Assembly: GCA_964426185.1 (NCBI GenBank)
Contig: CAYRPF010000015.1
Coordinates: 1 to 17,219, forward strand
Source: an uncultured archaeon
GTDB lineage: Archaea; Asgardarchaeota; Lokiarchaeia; Sigyniarchaeales; Promethearchaeaceae
DNA: 17,219 bases
Direction of reading: 5' to 3'
Part shown: positions 1 to 7,371 of the stretch, in pieces
Layout: the number at the start of each line of letters is the position of its first letter
Numbering within the stretch: the first letter of the stretch is position 1
Translations under genes and position numbers: made by a program
The notes under the pieces: model-generated
What the model was told of the DNA's origin: nothing
What the model saw: only the letters and a program-made list of their open reading frames with translations
The model's database searches: none

Positions 1-457
1 AATTATAAAGTTTAATTTTTTGGCCCTCAGATATGTTTTCAATCGATTTTTGAAAAAAGAAGAAATTTCCAATTTCTGTTCCATTTTGATAAAAGAATGT
101 ATTGCTTGAATAATTATATTGGTAGGCGTTCTCCCGCGTCAAAAATGGCTCAGAATTTTCAGAGTTGGAAAATTCAAATTTAAAAACTACTTGGTAAATT
201 GAGTCTAATGGGGTGAAATTTATTTCAAAATTGCAAAAAATATCAAAATAATCGCGGGATTCTCCGTTAATATCAAGAGTACAATCTAAGTCGCTAATTT
301 GGTATTTTAAATAACTTCCCATGTTGATATCAGCAGCTTGAACTGCAGAAACTCGAAAACTCGAATTATATAACCCAAGAAAAACCAAGGCAATTAGAAA
401 TAAAAATTGAAGTCGATAAAATTTTCTTTTTTTTCCAATTTTCATAAGTATCATCAT
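1..457 (-). CDS. Hypothetical secreted/surface protein (3' part runs off the left window edge)
   Basis: Not in the ORF track; translated by hand. GGTGA SD at 462-466 precedes ATG at 457 (alternative ATG at 445). Open to base 1: MMILMKIGKKRKFYRLQFLFLIALVFLGLYNSSFRVSAVQA-ADINMGSYLKYQIS... Basic n-region, hydrophobic h-region, VSA/VQA cleavage-like site, and several N-x-S/T sequons. Confidence 0.8.
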   Translation of the reverse strand, partial: MMILMKIGKKRKFYRLQFLFLIALVFLGLYNSSFRVSAVQAADINMGSYLKYQISDLDCTLDINGESRDYFDIFCNFEINFTPLDSIYQVVFKFEFSNSENSEPFLTRENAYQYNYSSNTFFYQNGTEIGNFFFFQKSIENISEGQKIKLYN

Positions 458-499
458 TTTTCACCAGTAAAAAAACTTAAAAAAAATTTTCCTTCGTTA

Positions 500-520
500 T
501 TACTCAAAATAGATGAGTAA
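500..520. other. Intergenic inverted repeat (possible mRNA hairpin or operator)
   Basis: TTACTCA (500-506), 7-nt spacer, TGAGTAA (514-520), lying between two co-oriented minus-strand genes. Confidence 0.4.
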
Positions 521-552
521 CACGGATTTTAACTTACTTAATTGTTCAATCA

Positions 553-1083
553 TTAACTCACATAAGTTTGTGTCATAGGGGTCCGCCACAACCCTGTTAA
601 ACCATGATTATCCCATGTATCATCGTATTCGTCTTGAACTTCAGTACCATCAATCGAATATGTATCGAATACTTTATAAAACGCATATCTTGAATGATGT
701 GCTTTTTCACGTAAGACTCCTAAAACTTCATGTTCAATTCGGATTATTTCTTCTGCGCCGTTTTTTACATATGTTATTGTATTTAACCAGCTATTATCAT
801 CCCATTCATAAACATCTTGATAAGATGAATCTGATGCATAAAAAGAATAATAGACATCTTCGAAATATACATGATTATAATCCTCAACTATGGTAAAAGT
901 TGTATACGATATTAAGGAAGCTTGAGTTTTATAACCCCAATTATATCTTTGAAGTAAACCTTGAGTTTGATAAGTTCTTGTTTCAGTACTTGTTGCAGAT
1001 ACATAACTTGCGGTAAAAATCGTTAAAAAGCAAGTCACAATTGCAATAGATATGAAAAGATCTGTAACTTTTTTATTTTTCGT
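553..1083 (-). CDS. Hypothetical secreted protein, Tyr/Thr/Asp-rich
   Basis: The track ORF 553..1038 (GTG) extends in frame to ACG at 1081-1083, downstream of a GAAGGTGA SD. This gives the full signal peptide (M)KNKKVTDLFISIAIVTCFLTIFTASYVSA. An in-frame TAA lies at 1087-1089. Confidence 0.75.
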   Translation of the reverse strand, partial: TKNKKVTDLFISIAIVTCFLTIFTASYVSATSTETRTYQTQGLLQRYNWGYKTQASLISYTTFTIVEDYNHVYFEDVYYSFYASDSSYQDVYEWDDNSWLNTITYVKNGAEEIIRIEHEVLGVLREKAHHSRYAFYKVFDTYSIDGTEVQDEYDDTWDNHGLTGLWRTPMTQTYVS

Positions 1084-1393
1084 TTTTTATTTCACCTTCT
1101 TTGCAGAATAAATTCTGCGAGAAAAAAAAAAAAATAAAATAAAAGAGAATTGGTTCGATTCTATTACAACCGATTGATAGGATAGATAGGAAGATAATTC
1201 ATATTTTTGCATATTTTTTTAAAATTGAATTAGATTTTGCCAGAATTATTCTCTTTCTTTGAAAAAATGAAAAAAATTTTTTGAAAAACACTTTTTTTCG
1301 ATTATAGTCTTGATTCCTATTGTGCTTATATATTAAATTAGTAAATTATAATAATAATTTTGATGATACTTTTGCTTATAAGATGGGGATTTC

Positions 1394-1819
1394 ATGGACG
1401 ATATTAGGTTTAAACGATATTTAGATAAAATTACCTATATTCAAGATAAACTTCAGTATTTTATCCCAAATGCTTCAAATGATCTGGAAAAGAATGGTAT
1501 ACTTTATTGTGTTCAGACTTCAATTGAAGCTAGTATCGACACTATTGCCATGATTATTAAGGATTTGGGATACGACGTAAAATCGGATAAAGAAAACATT
1601 CGTTTTTTAGTCGAAAAAGACATTATCAATCCAGAATTAGGTATTTTTTTTGAAAAGGCAAATGGATTAAGAAATCTTCTTGTTCATAGGTATAATGGGA
1701 TTGAAGAAGCCCGAATCTTTCAGGAAATTGAAATAATTAAAAAATACTTGTTAGTATGGATAGATAACTTGGAGTATCTTATTAATGAAATCAGAAATAA
1801 TCAGTCAGATTCGAAATGA
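1394..1819 (+). CDS. hepT: HEPN-domain (DUF86) RNase toxin, HepT-like
   Basis: 141 aa helical protein with the R-x4-H-x-Y motif RNLLVHRY; overlaps the downstream MNT gene by 35 nt. Confidence 0.9.
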   Translation: MDDIRFKRYLDKITYIQDKLQYFIPNASNDLEKNGILYCVQTSIEASIDTIAMIIKDLGYDVKSDKENIRFLVEKDIINPELGIFFEKANGLRNLLVHRYNGIEEARIFQEIEIIKKYLLVWIDNLEYLINEIRNNQSDSK

Positions 1820-2213
1820 TTTAAAAGATCTATCAAATTTTGATATCGTTCTTTTCGGTTCTCAGGTAGAAGGCGGCAATCGGCCGAATTCTGATTATGA
1901 TATCGCAATATTGATCTATTCCGAAAATGAACAAGAAACTAATACAATCTTTCAAAAATTTCTTCCTTACAATTTTAAGCCTTATGAAATCCATATTTTT
2001 GAAACTTTACCCATCCAAATTCAAATAAGTTTGATAAAGAATTACAAGGTGGTATTTGGGGACCCTTTAGAAATTTCCGAATATTTTTACAGTTTCCGCA
2101 AGCGCTGGGATGATTGTAAGCATCGGATTTTTGAAAATATGTTTCAATCTTCCAAAGAAAGGGAAATACTCCGTCGAAGATCGAAACCAATTTTGGAAAA
2201 AATTAAAAAATAA
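1785..2213 (+). CDS. mntA: Minimal nucleotidyltransferase antitoxin, MntA-like
   Basis: Pol-beta superfamily motif GS-x10-DxD (LFGSQVEGGNRPNSDYDIAI); adjacent to the HEPN gene. Confidence 0.88.
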   Translation: MKSEIISQIRNDLKDLSNFDIVLFGSQVEGGNRPNSDYDIAILIYSENEQETNTIFQKFLPYNFKPYEIHIFETLPIQIQISLIKNYKVVFGDPLEISEYFYSFRKRWDDCKHRIFENMFQSSKEREILRRRSKPILEKIKK

Positions 2214-2264
2214 TTGAAAAAAAAGCGAGTCAAGATGAGTTATAAAATTCAAGGATCGTGAGTA

Positions 2265-2478
2265 ATTATTTTGAATCAATTCATTATGGGCTTGTGAATG
2301 GGCTCGAAGTAAATCTTCCGTTGTTACCGCTTCTGGTTCCACAAATATTCTGGAATCGGGATAATTTACTTTTAACAGTTCTAAACTGGGTTCTAAGCGC
2401 CCAATTTCACCGGCTGGAGTAATATGAAATTCATCCGAATTAAAAAGTAAAATTAACATTGGATGCAATTACGTTCAC
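2265..2478 (-). pseudogene. Truncated N-terminal fragment of a Zn-dependent histone deacetylase / AcuC family gene
   Basis: TPAGEIGRLEPSLELL...FVEPEAVTTEDLLRAHSQAHNELIQ resembles the HDAC-family N-terminus (P..GR+E....L; EP..A..EDLLRxH...H). Similarity ends after about 65-70 aa, and the frame then runs through a T-tract and antisense into mntA. No catalytic GHH or DxH motifs. Confidence 0.7.
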
Positions 2479-2489
2479 GGATTAGGAAT

Positions 2490-2618
2490 AGACCCGGGGA
2501 GATTTATTCACCCAATGGGATGCCCATTAGTTATTGAACTCCCGAAAACTGATTCCGCAAACCAGCGCCATTCGAAATGTATTTTCTCATACTTTTATCC
2601 TGGCTAGACAACGGGTCT
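2490..2618 (-). ncRNA. Candidate structured RNA / leader or small inserted element
   Basis: 58 of 129 bases are G+C (45%) in a window whose other intergenic DNA is very AT-rich. The ends are complementary (AGACCCG/CGGGTCT), and internal stems are extended by G-U pairs on the minus strand. Confidence 0.35.
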
Positions 2619-2668
2619 TTGGTGGTAAGGAAGAAGTAATTATAATAGTAATTAATCGATAAAAAATA

Positions 2669-4033
2669 TTATGAGTCGATTGGCTCACCCGTGTGAAATG
2701 AAACGAATTCAGAATTATCTGCGAGCTTTTCTTTAGTTGTTTTTTCCAACAAATTGGGTAATAAGAATCGGACGGCTAACAAATAAAATGGAATAAGGGA
2801 AAATTCGATAATTACTGAAAGATAAAAAGGAGCTTTCATTCCTAGATTATCCCATGCATATCCTCCAATAAGAGGGCCAACGATTCCGCCCAAATTTGTA
2901 ATAGTTTCTTGGGAACCGAAAATTTTGCCACGAAAATTTAATGTGCTCCGAGAAAGGAGATTTTGAATAGCTAAAAATCCCAAGGAAACAATAGTATTAT
3001 CCAGAGTCCACAATACCGCAACCAACCATAAACTGGAGGTATTCACCAAAAAATAGGTAATCAAAGCCCCCATAACGCTCGATATAGTGATGCTTAAAGC
3101 GGGATGAAATCGGTCGGCAAGATTTCCGATTTTTGAGGCGAGCAACATCTGAATAATCCCAGCAGGAACATAAAGCAGCAAAACTGTATTGGGATCAGAA
3201 CTAAGATTTTTCAGAAAATAGACTTGAACAAAAGGGCGAGCAATGCTACTGTTAATTGACTCAAGAATTAAAACTAAAAATAAAATTATCAACCCAATTT
3301 TTAATCCGGTTGACCATTGTTCTTTTTCAACCAGTTCTAATGAATTGATAGTAGAATCAGAAGGGGTGAGAGAAGGTGGCAGAGATGATGCAGAAGAAGA
3401 AGGGGATGAATGGGGTAGGTATTTCATATTTTCATCTACCTTGTATAAAAACTGAAATCCGGCAAAGAAATTAGCAGCTGTAAATAGAATCAGAGGAGAG
3501 TAAATAATTAGTGGAGACATTCCAATATTATTAGTTTTTAAGAAAATCAAGAATCCTACAGTCGATCCTGCCATGATACCATAACCAAGAGCTGAACTAC
3601 GGCGTCCATAAGCATGACTGCGGCTGTCAGGAGAAGATTTTTCAGCGATCATGGTGTTAAATGGAACCCAGAAAAATCCTGCACCCATTCCAAGTATAAA
3701 AGTGGAAAGAGCGATCAAGAAATATGAGCGGATTATGATTGCAAGGTAAAAAATCAAATAAGAAATCCCCCGGCCAAACGAACCAATGAGAATTAATTGT
3801 GTTTTTGAACTTTTATCGGTTAAAAAACCCGCAATTAGTGAAGAAATTAAATAACCTGCGATTTGGACTGCAACGATTAATCCTAAGTAAAAACCACTTA
3901 TCAGTAAAATGGTAGTTGCAATGTATGGTACGAGAAATTCCACATAAAACATTCCTAGACCATTCCAAAATATGATTTGAAGCATTATTTTGAAATCAGA
4001 AGTAAATGCAAGATTTTTGGTGGAAGAAACCAT
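2669..4033 (-). CDS. Major facilitator superfamily transporter
   Basis: 454 aa, about 12 hydrophobic segments. Motif A appears in both halves (GFLTDKSSK, GNLADRFHP), along with RSHAYG and RGKIFG...LGGIVGPLIGG motifs and a Ser/Pro-rich central loop. Confidence 0.92.
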   Translation of the reverse strand: MVSSTKNLAFTSDFKIMLQIIFWNGLGMFYVEFLVPYIATTILLISGFYLGLIVAVQIAGYLISSLIAGFLTDKSSKTQLILIGSFGRGISYLIFYLAIIIRSYFLIALSTFILGMGAGFFWVPFNTMIAEKSSPDSRSHAYGRRSSALGYGIMAGSTVGFLIFLKTNNIGMSPLIIYSPLILFTAANFFAGFQFLYKVDENMKYLPHSSPSSSASSLPPSLTPSDSTINSLELVEKEQWSTGLKIGLIILFLVLILESINSSIARPFVQVYFLKNLSSDPNTVLLLYVPAGIIQMLLASKIGNLADRFHPALSITISSVMGALITYFLVNTSSLWLVAVLWTLDNTIVSLGFLAIQNLLSRSTLNFRGKIFGSQETITNLGGIVGPLIGGYAWDNLGMKAPFYLSVIIEFSLIPFYLLAVRFLLPNLLEKTTKEKLADNSEFVSFHTGEPIDS

Positions 4034-4211
4034 TATTAAAGAAAAAAAGAATTGATTTATGAAATTTTTGGAGAAATTAAAGTTTAAAGGTTGAAAATTC
4101 TTTTTCTAACCATAATTAACAGAGAAAGAAATTATTAATTTAGAAAGAAATAACTAACTCAGAAAAAAAATTACATTACAAAATTAAAATCGTTCAGGTC
4201 GACTATCCTCC

Positions 4212-6239
4212 ATGTCTTCATCATCATCACCCAATAAATTGAAAATGGAATGTGCATTTTGCCATTTGCCCATAAACTTCCTTGATTTATCCACTAAGGG
4301 GCCAGTATCAAAGCAAAAAATCTTAAAATGTAGTAACGGGCATTTGATTCATCGAAAATGCTTGGAAAAGCGAATTATTATTGACCCTAGTTGTCCAATT
4401 TGTGGAGCTGCTTATTCATCAGAAATTCTTCAAACTTTTTCTCAAATTTTTAAAAATTTTAATCCAACCAAAAGCACAAATAACCAAGACAATATAGATA
4501 GTATATCAAAGAAACAATATGAAAATTTACAGCAAGAAATATTAGAATTGGAAAATAAATTAATAAGCGTAAAGAAAAAAGAGAAAAAAGTCAAACAAGA
4601 ATTGCAAAATACCATTTCCCGTCGTAGAAAACTGGAACAAGAATTACAAACAGTACAAGGCAAACAAGTCACTTTGGAATCTCAAATGGACCAAATTCAA
4701 CATGAAATCAACGCGTTCCACCGCCAAATCGAAGTTTTTGAAAATTCTATTCCAGAAGGTAAAAGATTAACAGATATTACTGCCATTTCAGCGGAAGTAG
4801 AAGAAGATGTTGTGCAATCTCAAAAAAATCGAAAGGACAATGAAAACAAGATCACGAAATCTACACAACGAGCGGGGACTAAAACTATAGCGAATTTCTC
4901 AAATTCAAAAGACTCATTTAATTTCCTTTCGGCTATTTCGGAAAAGGTATCGCAGAATTCCAACATAATAGATCAATCTCAAGATAATTCATTTGATCCA
5001 GGTCTAGAAGATGACTTCGATTCATTAAACTTCACGGAATTAGTAACCCGAAGGGCAAAACGGCAACATCATGAAGAAAAAAAAGGTTCATACCTTGCTT
5101 TTCAGGAATTAACAGAAAAACGACTGAAAAATAGACCTGGAAAGATTAAACATCCTTCGTTCATCGATACCACTGATGCTGCAGCAGTGCTTCAAGATTC
5201 AACATCTCGAAAAACAGGAACTAATGGAAAAAAATCATCATCATCTTTCAATTTTCCCCAAACAAGCATTAAACAGACCCCCAAACCTAAAACCAATCCC
5301 GTTCCCAAACCAATTAACTCAGTCTCTAAAACAATAACTGCTTCTAATGCTGATATTGCTAGTTCATCTAAACATACCATACCAAGCGTAAAACCATCAT
5401 TCAGACAAATATCAGTATCAACTAAAAAAAATACTCCAATATCAATATCAAAAACGATTCCATCATCAAATTCAGCCGTTATTGATGAAGCAGCAGCTTC
5501 AAAAAAAGAAGGCCCTTTATGTGTGATCTGTCATGCTCCGATTAATCCAAAAATTCATGCTTCTCATGAAGTGGCCAACAATGTGAATTCCAACTCATCA
5601 AACGAGGGTGATTTAGTTCAATGTCCTAATGCACATCCGGTTCATCGGGGATGTTTGAAATTGTGGATAGTTCACAGCGATTTATGTCCGGTTTGTCATG
5701 AAAAATACGATCCAAGTGTAATTGCTAGTTTTAATGAATTTAAACAAGTATATGCCGATCAAAAACAAGCACTAAAAGAGCGAGAAGAAATGGAACAGGC
5801 TCAACGGGAACGGGAAGAGTTATTGAAAAAAATTGATCCTGAATTCACCAAAAAGTATAATGAAGCAGATAAATTAATGAAATCGGGTCAATACAATGAA
5901 GCGTTAAATGCCTTTTGGGATATTTTAGACAAAAAATATTTTCCAATAAAAGATCAACGGATGCTACGAACTATCTTAAACATTGGATTAATATATTATA
6001 AATTGGGAAAACAAGCTCATGCAATTAAACAGTTTATGAAAATCGTTAAAATTGATTATAATTACCCTCTTGCTTTTTACTTTTTGGGATTGTGTTATGA
6101 TCAATTGGGGGCCGCGGATAAAACCAAATGGGCTTTAGAACGTGCCTTAAGAAATACGCAACTTTTAGCTCAAGAAAATCCAAGATATGCAAAATTTATT
6201 GAAGATATCGAACAACGTCTGCAGAAACTTCCAATTTAA
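4212..6239 (+). CDS. Double RING-H2, coiled-coil and TPR protein; putative ubiquitin E3 ligase
   Basis: Two C3H2C3 fingers (aa 14-64 and 437-495), a heptad coiled coil at about aa 95-178, an S/T/K/P-rich linker, a charged helix, and C-terminal TPR-like repeats (NIGLIYYKLGKQAHAIKQFMKIVKIDYNYPLAFYFLGLCYDQLG). Confidence 0.85.
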   Translation: MSSSSSPNKLKMECAFCHLPINFLDLSTKGPVSKQKILKCSNGHLIHRKCLEKRIIIDPSCPICGAAYSSEILQTFSQIFKNFNPTKSTNNQDNIDSISKKQYENLQQEILELENKLISVKKKEKKVKQELQNTISRRRKLEQELQTVQGKQVTLESQMDQIQHEINAFHRQIEVFENSIPEGKRLTDITAISAEVEEDVVQSQKNRKDNENKITKSTQRAGTKTIANFSNSKDSFNFLSAISEKVSQNSNIIDQSQDNSFDPGLEDDFDSLNFTELVTRRAKRQHHEEKKGSYLAFQELTEKRLKNRPGKIKHPSFIDTTDAAAVLQDSTSRKTGTNGKKSSSSFNFPQTSIKQTPKPKTNPVPKPINSVSKTITASNADIASSSKHTIPSVKPSFRQISVSTKKNTPISISKTIPSSNSAVIDEAAASKKEGPLCVICHAPINPKIHASHEVANNVNSNSSNEGDLVQCPNAHPVHRGCLKLWIVHSDLCPVCHEKYDPSVIASFNEFKQVYADQKQALKEREEMEQAQREREELLKKIDPEFTKKYNEADKLMKSGQYNEALNAFWDILDKKYFPIKDQRMLRTILNIGLIYYKLGKQAHAIKQFMKIVKIDYNYPLAFYFLGLCYDQLGAADKTKWALERALRNTQLLAQENPRYAKFIEDIEQRLQKLPI

Positions 6240-7339
6240 AAAATTTTGAAATCTTTCCAAGGAATTTCCAGATAATAGAATTGATTATGCACTAATTTGG
6301 AAATTTCATTTGCAGTCCAGAGAATTTTTAAAATTTCTGTTTGTTTTGGCCAAATGCGTAAAATAATTTTATAATTTTTTGTTCCTATTTCGACTACGGC
6401 ATTAATTTTACATAAAAAGTGAAAAACACCCTCTTGAGAAATATTGGATGGGTTCATATTCTGCACTTCAGGTGGATGGTTTTGTAGGGAATATCTTTTT
6501 AACGGTAGTTCAATTCCAGTTAGGGAAAAATTCAGAGAAGAATCTTGGTGAGAAATTAACTGCCCGAGGGGCGTTTGAATAATTATCTTATCTTCGAAGA
6601 TTTTTTTTGAAATAATCGGCCAAATATTTTCCTTTCCTAAAATTTGAGCAACTTGATAGTTTTTCGGTTGTGAGTAGACTAAAGGAGTAGGTCCAAGTTG
6701 TTGGATTTTTCCTTCAACAAGAATAGCAATCCGATCAGCTAATAAACGAGCTTCTTCATGATTATGGGTAACATAAATTATAGTGGTATTCATCTCTTGT
6801 TGAATTAGACGAATCATCAGAGCCAATTCTTCTTTACCAGTAGCATCAATACTGCTCAGCGGTTCATCAAGAAGCAAGAATTCGGGAGCAATTACCAAAG
6901 CGCGAGCCAAAGCCACCCTTTGCTGCTGTCCTCCACTTAATTCGTGAGGGTGACGTTGTTCTAATTCGGTTAATTCCGTGATTTGTAAAACTCGCTGATA
7001 ACGACTTTCTAGGTCATCTTTAAATTTCTGGAGTTTTAATCCGAACATAATATTTTCTTTAACCGTCATATGGGGAAAAAGAACTTGTGCTTGAGGAACA
7101 TAACCCATATTTCGCTTTTGGGGAGGAAAATAAGTTATATCATCGGAATCTAACAGAATTTGCCCCTCTGTAGGTGTTAGAATACCAAGAAGAATTTTCA
7201 ATAAAGATGTCTTTCCACTTCCACTTTGACCTAGCAAAACCAATATTTCCCCAGCATGTACTGTCAAATTCAAGCCATTTAGAATAAAGGATTCTTGATA
7301 TTTTAAGCGAAGGTTGGATATTTTTAAGGTTTTCATCAT
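6236..7339 (-). CDS. thiQ: ABC transporter ATP-binding subunit (thiamine import)
   Basis: Walker A GQSGSGKT, signature LSGGQQQR, Walker B LLLDEP, H-loop VTH; GGAG SD; last gene of the thiB-thiP operon. Confidence 0.88.
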   Translation of the reverse strand: MMKTLKISNLRLKYQESFILNGLNLTVHAGEILVLLGQSGSGKTSLLKILLGILTPTEGQILLDSDDITYFPPQKRNMGYVPQAQVLFPHMTVKENIMFGLKLQKFKDDLESRYQRVLQITELTELEQRHPHELSGGQQQRVALARALVIAPEFLLLDEPLSSIDATGKEELALMIRLIQQEMNTTIIYVTHNHEEARLLADRIAILVEGKIQQLGPTPLVYSQPKNYQVAQILGKENIWPIISKKIFEDKIIIQTPLGQLISHQDSSLNFSLTGIELPLKRYSLQNHPPEVQNMNPSNISQEGVFHFLCKINAVVEIGTKNYKIILRIWPKQTEILKILWTANEISKLVHNQFYYLEIPWKDFKIF

Positions 7340-7371
7340 TTATTCTCCTGCTAAATGTTTTTTTTCTTTTA

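Noticed and set aside
615-896. 93-aa plus-strand ORF
   Set aside because: Antisense shadow of the secreted-protein gene, with no motif or SD.
1975-2190. 71-aa minus-strand ORF, and the 2067-2264 part of the 133-aa ORF
   Set aside because: Antisense to mntA; read-through after the HDAC truncation.
511-2240. AGATGAGT direct repeat (511-518 and 2233-2240) as possible att or target-site duplication
   Set aside because: Only 8 bp in AT-rich DNA, no integrase or transposase present, and it does not coincide with the HDAC breakpoint.
2479-2607. Plus-strand frame containing LGIDPG, resembling a RuvC-I/IscB/TnpB motif
   Set aside because: Short frame with no other nuclease motifs or transposon context; probably chance.
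2490-2618. 5S rRNA or known riboswitch (about 120-nt size, closing stem, CAUUUCGAA; AGGAUAAAAG as in ykkC)
   Set aside because: Motif spacing and order do not fit 5S helix III/loop C or the ykkC consensus; kept only as an unclassified candidate.
3243-5380. Short ORFs 3243-3455, 4442-4672 and 5192-5380
   Set aside because: Antisense to well-supported MFS and RING-TPR genes.
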